DNA of 64,000 nt from Bugula neritina (taxonomy: Eukaryota; Animalia; Bryozoa): NCBI GenBank assembly GCA_964035545.1, contig OZ037767.1, positions 12,323,801 through 12,387,800 of the forward strand, in the 5' to 3' direction. The notes below the pieces were generated by a model, which worked only from the letters and a program-made list of their open reading frames with translations, did no database searches and had not been told where the DNA came from. Positions within the stretch are counted from its first letter, which is position 1, and each line of letters begins with the position of its first letter. Made by a program: the position numbers and the translations under genes. Positions 12,101-26,300 of this stretch are shown piece after piece.

Positions 12101-15100
12101 ATGTTTCATAACTTTTGGGCACTTATTGGTACTATTAGCATGCTTTTCTCAATGTAGCATATTTTAGGCATGTTTTAGCACATTTGGGTACTGTTAGGCA
12201 CACTTGTTCTAGTTTTAGCACTATTGGGCACAATTCAGAACCTCTGGGCACTAATAGATACTATTTGCATAATTGGCTAATTTTAGCATATTTGGGCATG
12301 TTTTAGCACGTATGGGCATGTTTTAGCACATTTAGGCATGTTTTAGCACATTTGGGCACTGTTAAGCACACTAGTTCTACTATTAGCAACACTGGGCACA
12401 TTTAAGAACTTCTGGGCACTTATTGGTATTATTAGCATATTTGGCTCAATTTAGCACATTTGGGCATGTTTCAGCACGTTTGGGCACTGTTAAGCACAAT
12501 TGTTCTATATTAAGCACTATTTGGCACGTTTCAGAACTTCACAACACTTATCGGTACTATTAGCGTGTTTGGCTAAACTTGGCACATTTGGGCATGTTTT
12601 AGCACATTTGGCACTGTTGAGCACACTGGTTCTACTATTAGCAACATTGGCCATATTTCAGAACCGCTGGGCACTTATTGGTACTATTAGCAAATTTGGC
12701 TCAATTTAGTACATTTGGGCATGTTTTAGCGCATTTGGGAATGTTTTAGCACATTTGGGCACTGTTAGGCACGCTAGTCCTAACATTAGAACTAATGGGC
12801 ACAATTCAGAACCTCTGGGCACTTATTAGTACTATCAGCATATCTTGCTGAAATTAGCACGTTAACGCATGTTTTAGCGCATTTGGGCGCTGTTGAGCAC
12901 ACTAGTTCTACTATAGCACTATTATGCATGTTTTAGAACATTTGGGCACTTATTGGTACTATTAGCATAATTGGCTCAATTTAGAAGATTTTGGTACTGT
13001 TAGGCACACTTGTTCTAGATTTGGCACTATTGGGCACGTTTCAGAACCTCTGCGCACTCATTGGTACTATTAACATATCTTGCTGAAATTTGGTACTATT
13101 AGCATATTTGGGTTGATTTGGCACATTTGGGCATGTTTTTGCACATTTGGGCACTGTTGAGCACACTTGTTCTAGTTTTAGCACTATTGGTCACGTTTCA
13201 GAACTTCTGGGCACTAATTGGTACTATTAGCATAATTGGCTCAAGATAGCGCATTTGGGCACTGTTGAGCACATTTGTTCTAGTTTTAGCACTATTGGGC
13301 AAGTTTCAGAACCTCTGGGAACTTTTTGGTACTATTAGCATATTTGGCTCAAATCAGCACATTTGAGCACTGTTGAGCACACTAGTTCTACTATTAGCAC
13401 TACTGGGCATGTTTCAGAATTTTTGGGCACTTATTGGTACTATTAGCATATTTGGCTCAATTTCAAGCCTTTGAGTACTGTTAGGCACACTTGTTCTAGT
13501 TTTAACACAGTTGGGCACGCTTCAGAGCCTCTTGGCACTTATTGGTACTATTAGCATGCTTTTCTCATTATAGCTTATTTTGGGCATGTTTTAGCACATT
13601 TGGGTACTGTTAGGCACACTTGTTCTAGTTTTAGCACTATTCGGCACGCTTCAAAACTCCTTGGCACTTATTGGTACGATTAGCATGCTTTTCTCAATAT
13701 AGCATATTTTGGGCAAGTTTCAGCACATTTGGGCACTGTTAGGCACACTTGTTCTACTACCAGCACTATTGGCCACGTTTCAGAACCTCACCTTTCAGAA
13801 CCTCTGGGCACTTAATGGTACTATTAGCATATTTGGCATGATTTAGCACATTTGCGCATGTTTTAGCACATTTGGGCACTGTTGAGCGCACTGGTTCTCT
13901 TATTAGCACTACTGGGCATGTTTCAGAACCTCTGGGAACTTATTGGTACTGTTAGCATATTTGGCTCAAACTAGCGCATTTGGGTACTGTTAGGCACACT
14001 TGTTCTAGTTTTGGCACTATTGGGCACATTTCAGAACCTCACGTTTCAGAACCTTCGGGCACTTATTTGTACTATTAGCATATTTGGCTTGATTTAGCAC
14101 ATTTGGGCATGTTTCAGCTCATTTGGGCACTGTTAGGCACGCTAGTTCTACTACCAGCACTATTGGGCACGTTTCAGAACCTCTGGGCACTAATTGGTAC
14201 TATTAGCATATTTGGCTCAATTTAGTACATTTGGGCATGTTTTAGCGCAATGGGAAAGTTTTAGCAGATTTGAGCACTGTCAAGCACACTAGTCCTAGCA
14301 CAAGCACTATTGGGCACAATTCAGAACTTCTGGGCACTAATAGATAGTATTAGTATAATTGGCTCAATTTGGAACATTTGGGTATGGTTAGGCTCATTTG
14401 TTCTAGTTTTAGCACCATTGGGCACGTTTCAGAACCTCACGTTTTAGAACCTCTTGGCACTTATTGGTACTATTAGCATATTTGGCTTGATTTAGCGCAT
14501 TTGGGCATGTTTTAGCACATTTGGGCACTGTTGAGCACACTTGTTCTAGTTTTAGCAGTATTGGGCCTGTTTCAGAACTTCTGGGCACTAATTGGTACTA
14601 TTAGCATAATTGGCTCAAGATAGCACAGTTGGGCACTGTTGAGCACACTTGTTCTAGTTTTAGCACTGTTGGGCACGTTTCAGAACTTCTGGGAACTTAT
14701 TGGTACTATTAGCATATTTGGCTTGATTTAGCACATTTGCGCATGTTTTAGCACATTTGGACACTGTTGAGCACACTAGTTCTACTATTAGCACTACTGG
14801 GCAAGTTTCATAAATTTTGGGCACTCATTGGTACTATTAGCATGTTTGGCCTAATTTAGAACCTTTGGGTACTGTTAGGCACACTTGTTCTAATTTGGGC
14901 ATTAGGCACGCTTCAGAACCTTACGTTTCAGAACCTCTGGGCACTTACTGGTACTATCAGAATATCTGGCTTGATTTAGCTCATTTGGGCATGTTTCAGC
15001 ACATTTGGGCACTGTTAGGCACACTAGTTCTACTACCAGCACTATTGGGCACGTTTCAGAACCTCTGGGCACTTATTGGTACTATTAGCAAATTTGGCTC

Positions 15101-18100
15101 AATTTAGTACATTTGGGCATGTTTTAGCGCATTTGGGAATGTTTTAGCACATTTGGGCACTGTTAGGCACGCTAGTCCTAACATTAGCACTAATGGGCAC
15201 AATTCAGAACCTCTGGGCACTTATTAGTACTATTAGCATATCTTGCTGAAATTAGCACGTTTGCGCATGTTTCAGCGCATTTGGGCGCTGTTGAGCACAC
15301 TAGTTCTACTATTAGCACTATTATGCATGTTTTAGAACATTTGGGCACTTATTGGTACTATTAGCATAATTGGCTCAATTTAGAAGATTTGGGTACTGTT
15401 AGGCACACTTGTTCTAGATTTGGCACTATTGGGCACAATTCAGAACCTCACGTTTCAGAACCTCTGGGCACTTATTGGTACTATTAGCATATTTGGGTTG
15501 ATTTGGCACATTTGGGCATGTTTTAGCACATTTGGGCACTGTTGAGCACACTTGTTCTAGTTTTAGCACTATTGGGCACAATTAAGAACTTCTGGGCACT
15601 AATTGGTACTATTAGCATAATTGGCTCAAGATAGTGCATTTGGGCACTGTCGAGCACATTTGTTCTAGTTTTAGCACTATTGGGCTTATTTCAGAACCTC
15701 TGGGAACTTATTGGTACTATTAGCTTCTTTGGCTCAAACTAGCACAGTTAGGCACTGTTGAGCACACTAGTTCTAGTTTTAGCACTATTGGGCAAGTTTC
15801 AGAATTTTTGGGAACTTATTGGTACTATTAGCATATTTGGCTCAAATCAGCACATTTGCGCATGTTTTAACACATTTGGGCACTGTTGAGCACACTAATT
15901 CTACTATTAGCACTACTGGGCATGTTTCAGAAGTTTTGGGCACTTATTGGTACTATTAGCATATTTGGCTCAATTTCAAGCCTTTGAGCACTGTTAGGCA
16001 CACTCGTTCTAGTTTTAGCACTATTGGGCACGCTTCAGAACCTCTTGGCACTTATTGGTACTATTAGCATGCTTTTCTCATTATAGCATAATTTGGGCAT
16101 GTTTTAGCACATTTGGGTACTGTTAGGCACACTTATTCTAGTTTTAGCACTATTCGGCACGCTTCAAAACTCCTTGGCACTTATTGGTACTATTAGCATG
16201 CTTTTCTCAATATAGCATATTTTGGGCACGTTTCAGAACCTCACGTTTTAGAACCTCTGGGCACTTATTGGTACTATTAGCATATTTGGCTTGATTTAGC
16301 ACATTTGGGCATGTTTTAGCACATTTGGGCACTGTTGAGCACACTTGTTCTAGTTTTAGCAGTATTGGGCCTGTTTCAGAACTTCTGGGCACTAATTGGT
16401 ACTATTAGCATAATTGGCTCAAGATAGCACAGTTGGGCACTGTTGAGCACACTTGTTCTAGTTTTAGCACTATTTGGCATGTTTTAGAACCTCTGGGACC
16501 TCATTGGTACTATTAGCATATTTGGCTCAAAATAGCACATTTGGGCACCGTTGAGCAAACTAGTTCTACTATTAGCACTATTGGGCAAGTTTCAGAACTT
16601 CTGGGCACCTATTGGTACTATTAGCATATTTGGCTCGATTTAGCACATTTGGGCATGTTTCAGCACACTTGGGCACTGTTAGGCACACTAGTTCTACTAC
16701 CAGCTCTATTGGGCACGTTTCAGAACCTCTGGGCACTTATTGGTACTATTAGCAAATTTGGCTCAATTTAGTACATTTGGGCATGTTTTAGCGCATTTGG
16801 GAATGTTTTAGCACATTTGGGCACTGTTAGGCACGCTAGTCCTAACATTAGCACTAATGGGCACAATTCAGAACCTCTGGGCACTTATTAGTACTATTAG
16901 CATATCTTGCTGAAATTAGCACGTTTGCGCATGTTTCAGCGCATTTGGGCGCTGTTGAGCACACTAGTTCTACTATTAGCACTATTATGCATGTTTTAGA
17001 ACATTTGGGCACTTATTGGTACTATTAGCATAATTGGCTCAATTTAGAAGATTTGGGTACTGTTAGGCACACTTGTTCTAGATTTGGCACTATTGGGCAC
17101 AATTCAGAACCTCACGTTTCAGAACCTCTGGGCACTTATTGGTACTATTAGCATATTTGGGTTGATTTGGCACATTTGGGCATGTTTTAGCACATTTGGG
17201 CACTGTTGAGCACACTTGTTCTAGTTTTAGCACTATTGGGCACGTTTAAGAACTTCTGGGCACTAATTGGTACTATTAGCATAATTGGCTCAAGATAGTG
17301 CATTTGGGCACTGTCGAGCACATTTGTTCTAGTTTTAGCACTATTGGGCTTATTTCAGAACCTCTGGGAACTTATTGGTACTATTAGCTTCTTTGGCTCA
17401 AACTAGCACAGTTAGGCACTGTTGAGCACACTAGTTCTAGTTTTAGCACTATTGGGCAAGTTTCAGAATTTCTGGGAACTTATTGGTACTATTAGCATAT
17501 TTGGCTCAAATCAGCACATTTGCGCATGTTTTAACACATTTGGGCACTGTTGAGCACACTAATTCTACTATTAGCACTACTGGGCATGTTTCAGAATTTT
17601 TGGGCACTTATTGGTACTATTAGCATATTTGGCTCAATTTCAAGCCTTTGAGTACTGTTAGGCACACTCGTTCTAGTTTTAGCACTATTGGGCACGCTTC
17701 AGAACCTCTTGGCACTTATTGGTACTATTAGCATGCTTTTCTCATTATAGCATAATTTGGGCATGTTTTAGCACATTTGGGCACTGTTAGGCACACTTAT
17801 TCTAGTTTTAGCACTATTCGGCACGCTTCAAAACTCCTTGGCACTTATTGGTACTATTAGCATGCTTTTCTCAATATAGCATATTTTGGGCACGTTTCAG
17901 AACCTCACGTTTTAGAACCTCTGGGCACTTATTGGTACTATTAGCATATTTGGCTTGATTTAGCACATTTGGGCACTGTTGAGCACACTTGTTCTAGTTT
18001 TAGCAGTATTGGGCCTGTTTCAGAACTTCTGGGCACTAATTGGTACTATTAGCATAATTGGCTCAAGATAGCACAGTTGGGCACTGTTGAGCACACTTGT

Positions 18101-19608
18101 TCTAGTTTTAGCACTGTTGGGCATGTTTCAGAACTTCTGGAAACTTATTGGTACTATTAGCAAATTTGGTTTGATTTAGCACATTTGCGCATGTTTTAGC
18201 ACATTTGGACACTGTTGAGCACACTTGTTCTAGTTTTCGCATTATTGGGCTTGTTTCAGAACCTCTGGGAACTTATTGGTACTGATAGCATATTTGGCTC
18301 AAACTAGCGCATTTGGCTACTGTTAGGCACACTTGTTCTAGTTTTGGCACTATTGGGCACATTTCAGAACCTCACGTTTCAGAACCTTCGGGCACTTATT
18401 TGTACTATTAGCATATTTGGCTTGATTTAGCACATTTGGGCATGTTTCAGCACATTTGGGCACTGTTAGGCATGCTAGTTCTACTACCAGCACTATTGGG
18501 CACGTTTCAGAACCTCTGGGCACTAATTGGTACTATTAGCATATTTGGCTCAATTTAGTACATTTGGGCATGTTTTAGCGGAATGGCAAAATTTTAGCAG
18601 ATTTGAGCACTGTCAAGCACACTAGTCCTAGCATGAGCACTATTGGGCACAATTCAGAACTTCTGGGCACTAATAGATACTATTAGTATAATTGGCTCAA
18701 TTTAGAACATTTGGGTACGGTTAGGCTCATTTGTCCTAGTTTTAGCACCATTGGGCACGTTTCAGAACCTTCGGGCACTTATTTGTACTATTAGCATATT
18801 TGGCTTGATTTAGCACATTTGGGCATGTTTCAGCACATTTGGGCACTGTTAGGCACGCTAGTTCTACTACCAGCACTATTGGGCACGTTTCAGAACTTTT
18901 GGGCACTAATTGGTGCTATTAGCATATTTGGCCTAATTTAGAACCTTTGGGTACTGTTAGGCACACTTGTTCTAGTTTTAGCACGATTGGGCACGCTTCA
19001 GAACCTCTTGGCACTTATTGGTACTATTGGCATGCTTTTCTCAATATAGCATAATTTGGGCATGTTTCAGCACATTCGGGCACTGTTAGGCACACTTGTT
19101 CTACTACCAGCACTATTGGCCACGTTTCAGAACCTCTTGGCACCTATTGGTACTATTAGCATAATTGGCTTAAGATAGCGCATTTGGGCACTGTTGAGGA
19201 CACTAGTTCTACTCTTAGCACTATTGGGCATGTTTTAGAACTTTTGGGCACTTATTGGTACTATTAGCATTTTTGGCTCAATTTAGAACCTTTTGGTACT
19301 GTTAGGCATACTTGTTCTAGTTTTAGCACTATTGGGTACGTTTCAGAACCTCACGTTTCAGAACCTCTGGGCACTCATTTGTACTATTAGCATATTTAGC
19401 TTGAATTAGCACATTTGGGCATGTTTCAGCACATTTGGGCACTGTTAGGCACGCTAGTTCTACTACCAGCACTATTGGGCACGTTTCAGAACCTCTGGGC
19501 ACTAATTGGTACTATTAGCATATTTGGCTCAATTTAGTACATTTGGGTATGTTTCAGCGCAATGGGAATGTTTTAGCAGATTTGAGCACTGTCAAGCGCA
19601 CTAGTCCT

Positions 19609-20364
19609 CACAGGATAGTTAAGGGCAACCTTTTAGCTGCAACTACCTTGCTGAGGTTTGCATTGTAATCATATAAGAATTCAGTACCAGTAATATAAAA
19701 TCTCACCTAATTGTGCTAGAGTCAAAATTTAAAAACTATACTGTAGATCTTCTTTTTCTCCAGGGTAAGTTTTTTGGAAATTTCAATTTTCATTTTTTTT
19801 GCAAAGTTATAGACAAAAAACGGCCCAATTTTGGCCATTTTTGCCTGAAAAGCTGACTTTTCAGTACCAGTAAAATATCTCAGCAGCAAAGCATGATATC
19901 TGAATAAAAATTGCACTGCTGGAATCCTGAGATATTTCTCCAGGGTAAATTTTTTTCTTTTTCCAATAACTTTTCTAGATTGCCCACAAATTGGTGATTT
20001 ATACACTGAAAATGCCATATTTTTTCACAGTAAATTAGCAGCGCGCAGTGCTTCACGCTTCAATGAGCACGTAGGGATGAGAAGATATTGGCGCGTACAT
20101 GCTAATTATAGGCTTACTAGCCGACAGGCTACAATGAATAGCTTGCTTGGTACTTTGTTTATGTAGCGCCTATAATGGAATGTTGATAGATAACACAGCC
20201 CTAATGAAGGTTGCTGCTTATTGGTTGTAGTTTAATCTTAGGCTAAACATTTGCAAGTAGGCAACACGCATGCCACCCGCAGAGTAGTATTATTCAAGAA
20301 CCTAAACTACATTTTGAGAGAAATTTATGATATTCTTAGTGAGGATGCCCTTAACTATCCTGTG
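19609..20364 (+). mobile_element. MITE copy 2 (756 bp) with 2-bp TSD CT
   Basis: CTAGTC-CT-[CACAGGATAGTTAAGGGC...GCCCTTAACTATCCTGTG]-CT-AGCATTAGC. The empty satellite site reads CTAGTCCTAGCATTAGC. Confidence 0.95.
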
Positions 20365-23300
20365 CTAGCATTAGCACTAATGGGCACAATTCAGAACTTC
20401 TGGGCACTAATAGTAACTGTTAGCATATTTGGCTCAATTTAGCACAATTACGCATGTTTCAGCACGTTTGGGCACTGTTAAGCACATTTGTTCTATATTT
20501 AGCACTATTCGGCACATTTCAGAACTTCACAACACTTATTCGTACTATTAGCATGTTTGGCTCAATTTAGCGCGTTTGGGCATGTTTTTGGCATTTTTGG
20601 GCACTGATTAGCACACTTGTTCTACTTTGAGCACTAATGGGCACGTTTCAGAACATCAGGGCACTTATAGGTACAATTAGCATATTTGGCTAAACTTAGC
20701 ACATTTGGGCATGTTTTAGCTTATTTGGCACTGTTGAGCACACTGGTTCTACTATTAGCAACATTGGCCACATTTCAGAACCGCTGGGCACTTATTGGTA
20801 CTATTAGTATATTTTGCTCAATTTAGCATATTTGGGCTTGTTTTAACACATTTGGGCATTGTTAAGCACACTAGTTCTATTATTGGCACTATTGGCCTCA
20901 ATTCAAAACTTCTGGGCACTTATTGGTACTATTAGCATATTTGGCACAATTTAGCCCACTACGGCATGTTTTGGCACATTTGGGCACTGATGAGCACACC
21001 AGTTCTACTATGAGCACTATTGGGCACGTTTCAGAATATCAGGGCACTTATTGGTACTATAGGCATATTTGGCTCAAATTAGCACATTTGGGCATGTTTT
21101 AGCACATTTTGGCATTATTTAGCTCATTTTGGCATGTTTCAGCACGTTTGGGCACTGTTAGGCACATTTGTTCTATGTTTAGCACTATTCAGCACGTCTC
21201 AGATTTTCACAGCACTTATCGGTACTACTAGCATGTTTGGCTCAATTTAGCACATTTGGGCATGTTTTAGCACATTTGGGCACTGATGAGCACACTAGTT
21301 CAACTTTGAGCACTATTGAACACGTTTCAGAACATCAGGGCACTTATAGGTACTATTCGCACTATTAGGCATATTTTAAAACTGTTGGGCACTTATTGGT
21401 ACTATTAGCATATTTGGCTTAATTTAGAACCTTTGGGTACTGTTAGGCACACTTGTTCTAGTTTTGGCACTATTTGGCACGTTTCAGAACCTGACGTTTC
21501 AGAATCTCTTGGCACCTATTGGTACTATTAGCATAATTGGCTCAAGATAGCGCATTTGAGCACTGTTGAGCACACTTGTTATAGTTTTCGCATTATTGGG
21601 CTTGCTTCAGAACTTCTGGGAACTTATTGGTACTGTTAGCATTTATGGCTCAAACTAGCGCATTTGGGTGCTGTTAGGCACACTTGTTCTAGTTTTGGCA
21701 CTATTGGGCATGTTTCAGAATCTCACGTTTCAGAACCTCTGGGCACTTATTAGTACTATCAGAATATTTGGCTTGAGTTAGCACATTTGGGCATGTTTCA
21801 GCACATTTGGGCACTGTTAGGCACACTAGTTCTACTACCAGCGATAGTGGTCTTGTTTCAGAACCGCTGGGCACTAATTCAGACTATTAGCATATTTGGC
21901 TCAATTTAGTACGTTTTGGCATGTTTTAGCCAATTGGGAATGTTTTAGTAGATTTGAGCACTGTCACGCACACTAGTCCTAGCATTAGCACTATTGGCAC
22001 AATTCAGAACCTCTGGGCACTAATAGACACTATTAGCATAATTGGCTAATTTTAGCATATTTGGGCATGTTTTAGCACGTATGGGCATGTTTTAGCACAT
22101 TTAGGCATGTTTTAGCCCATTTGGGCACTGTTGAGCACACTTGTTCTAGTTTTAGCACTATTGGGCACGTTTCAGAACCTCACGTTTCAAAACCTCTAAG
22201 CACTTATTGGTACTATTAGCATATTTAGCTTGATTTAGCACATTTGGGCATGTTTTAGCACATTTGGGCACTGTTGAGCACACTTGTTCTAGTTTTAGCA
22301 CTATTGGGCTCGTTTCAAACCTCTGGGAACTTATCGGTACTATTAGCTTATTTGGCTGAAATCAGCGCATTTGCGCGTGTTTTAGCACATTTGGGCACTG
22401 TTGAGCACACTAGTTCTACTATTAGCACTACTGGGCATGTTTCAGAATTCTTCGGCACTTAGTGGTACTATTAGCATATTTGGCTCAATTTCGAACCTTT
22501 GGGTACTGTTAGGCACACTTGTTCTAGTTTTAGCACTATTGGGCACGCTTCAGAACCTCTTGGCACTTATTGGTACTATTAACATGCTTTTCTCAATATA
22601 GCATAATTTGGGCATGTTTCAGCACATTTGGGCACTGTTAGGCACACTTGTTCTACTACCAGCACTATTGACCACGTTTCAGAACCTCTTGGCACCTATT
22701 GGTACTATTAGCATAATTGGCTCAAGATAGCGCATTTGGGCACTGTTGAGCACACTAGTTCTACTCTTAGCACTATTGGGCATGTTTTAGAACTTTTGGG
22801 CTCTTATTGGTACTATTAGCATATTTGGCTCAAATTAGAACCTTTGGGTACTGTTGGGCACACTTGTTCTAGTTTTAGCACTCTTGGGCACAATTCAGAA
22901 CTTCTGGGCACTAATAATAACTATTAGTATAATTGGCTCAATTTAGAACATTTGGGTAAGGTTAGGCTCCTTTGTTCTAGTTTTAGCACTATTGGGTACG
23001 TTTCAGAACCTCACGTTTTAGAACCTCTGGGCACTTATTGGTACTATTAGCATATTTGGCTTGATTTAGCACATTTGGGCATGTTTTAGCACATTTGGGC
23101 ACTGTTGAGCACACTTGTTTTAGTTTTAGCAGTATTGGGCCTGTTTCAGAACTTCTGGGCACTAATTGGTACTATTAGCATAATTGGCTCAAGATAGCAC
23201 AGTTGGGCACTGTTGAGCACACTTGTTCTAGTTTTAGCACTATTGGGCACGTTTCAGATTTTCCGGGAACTTATTGGTACTATTAGCATATTTGGCTTGA

Positions 23301-26300
23301 TTTAGCACATTTGCGCATGTTTTAGCACATTTGGGAACTGTTGAGCACACTAGTTCTACTATTAGCACTACTGGGCATGTTTCAGAATTTTTGGGCACTT
23401 ATTGGTACTATTAGCATATTTGGCTCAATTTTGAACCTTTGGGTACTGTTAGGCACACTTGTTCTAGTTTTAGCACTATTGGGCGTGCTTCAGAACTTCT
23501 TAGCACTTATTGGTACTATTAGCATGCTTTTCTCAATATAGCATATTTTGGGCATGTTTCAGCACATTTGGGCACTGTTAGGCACACTTGTTCTACTACC
23601 AGCATTATTGGCCACGTTTCAGAACCTCACCTTTCAGAACCTCTGGGCACTTATTGGTACTATTAGCATATTTGGCTTGATTTAGCACATTTGCGCATGT
23701 TTTAGCACATTTGGGCACTGTTGAGCACACTAGTTCTACTATTAGCACTACTGGGCATGTTTCAGAACTTTTGGGCACTTATTGGTACTATTAGCATATT
23801 TGGCCTAATTTAGAACCTTTGGGTACTGTTAGGCACACTTGTTCTAATTTGGGCACTATTCGGCACGTTTCAGAACCTCACGTTTCAGAACCTCTGGGCA
23901 CTCATTTGTGCTATTAGCATATTTGGCTCCATTTAGAACATTTGGGTACTGTTAGGCACACTTGTTCTAGTTTTGGCACTATTGGGCATCTTTCAGAACC
24001 TCACGTTTCAGAACCTCTGGGCACTTATTGGTACTATCAGAATATTTGGCTTGAGTTAGCACATTTGGGCATGTTTCAGCACATTTGGGCACTGTTAGGC
24101 ACATTAGTTCTACTACCAGCGCTATTGGGCTTGTTTCAGAACCGCTGGGCACTAATTCGTACTATCAGCATATTTGGCTCAACTTAGTACGTTTGGGCAT
24201 GTTTTAGCCAATTGGGAGTGTTTTAGCAGATTTGAGCACTGTCACGCACACTAGTCCTAGCATTAGCACTATTTGGCACAATTCAGAACCTCTGGGCACT
24301 AATAGATACTATTAGCATAATTGGCTAAGTTTAGCATATTTGGGCATGTTTTAGCACGTATGGGCATGTTTTAGCACATTTAGGCATGTTTTAGCAGATT
24401 TGGGCAGTGTTAAGCACATTTGTTCTATATTTAGCACTATTCGGCACGTTTCAGAACTTCACAACACTTATTCGTACTATTAGCATGTTTGGCTCAATTT
24501 AGCGCGTTTGGGCATGTTTTGGCATTTTTGGGCACTGATTAGCACACTTGTTCTACCTTGAGCAATATTCGGCACGTTTCAGAACATCAGTGCACTTATA
24601 GGTACTATTAGCATATTTGGCTAAACTTAGCACATTTGGGCATGTTTTAGCACATTTGGCGCTGTTGAGCACACTGGTTCTACTATTAGCAACATTGGCC
24701 ACATTTCAGAACCGCTGGGCACTTATTGGTACTATTAGTATATTTGGCTCAATTTAGCATATTTGGGCTTGTTTTAACACATTTGGGCATTGTTAAGCAC
24801 ACTAGTTCTATTATTGATACTATTGGCCTCAATTCAAAATTTCCGGGCACTTATTGGTAGTATTAGCATATTTGGCACAATTTAGCCCACTACGGCATGT
24901 TTTGGCACATTTGGGCACTGATGAGCACACCAGTTCTACTATGAGCACTATTGGGCACGTTTCAGAATATCAGGGCACTTATTGGTACTATAGGCATATT
25001 TGGCTCAAATTAGCACATTTGGGCATGTTTTAGCACATTTTGGCATTATTTAGCTCATTTTGGCATGTTTCAGCACGTTTGGGCACTGTTAGGCACATTT
25101 GTTCTTTGTTTAGCACTATTCAGCACGTTTCAGATTTTCACAGCACTTATCGGTACTACTAGCATGTTTGGCTCAATTTAGCACAGTTGGGCATGTTTTA
25201 GCACATTTGGGCACTGATGAGCACACTAGTTCTACTTTGAGCACTATTGAACACGTTTCAGAACATCAGGGCACTTATAGGTACTATTAGCACTATTAGG
25301 CATGTTTTAAAACTGTTGGGCACTTATTGGTACTATTAGCATATTTGGCCTAATTTAGAACCTTTGGGTACTGTTAGGCACACTTGTTCTAGTTTTGGCA
25401 CTATTTGGCACGTTTCAGAACCTGACTTTTCAGAACCTCTTGGCACCTATTGGTACTATTAGCATAACTGGCTCAAGATAGCGCATTTGGGCACTGTTGA
25501 GCACACTTGTTATAGTTTTCGCATTATTGGGCTTGTTTCAGAACCTCTGGGAACTTATTGGTACTGTTAGCATTTATGGCTCAAACTAGCGCATTTGGGT
25601 GCTGTTAGGCATACTTGTTCTAGTTTTGGCACTATTGGGCACATTTCAGAACCTCACTTTTCAGAACCTCTGGGCACTTATTGTACTATTAGCATATTTG
25701 GCTTGATTTAGCACATTTGGGCATATTTCAGCACATTTGGGCACTGTTAGGCACGCTAGTTCTACTACCAGCACTATTGGGCATGTTTCAGAACCACTGG
25801 GCACTAATTGGCACTATTAGCATATTTGGATCAATTTAGTACATTTGGGCATGTTTTAGCGCATTTGGGAATGTTTTAGCACATTTGGGCACTGTTAGGC
25901 ACGCTGGTCCTAACATTAGCACTAATCGGCACAATTCAGAACTTCTGGGCACTAATAGATGCTATTAGCATATTTGGCTCAATTTAGAACATTTGGGTAC
26001 GGTTAGGCCCATTTGTTATAGTTTTAGCACTATTGGGCACGTTTCAGAACCTCACGTTTTAGAACCCCTGGGCACTTGTTGGTACTTTTAGCATATTTGG
26101 CTTGATTTAGCACATTTGGGCATGTTTTAGCACAGTTGGGCACTGTTACGCACATTTGTTCTATATTTAGCATTATTCGGCACGTTTCAGAACTTCACAA
26201 CACTTATCGGTACTATTAGCATGTTTGGCTCAATTTAGCGCATTTTGGTGTGTTTTGGCACTTTTGGGCACTGATTAGCACACTAATTCTACCTTGGGCA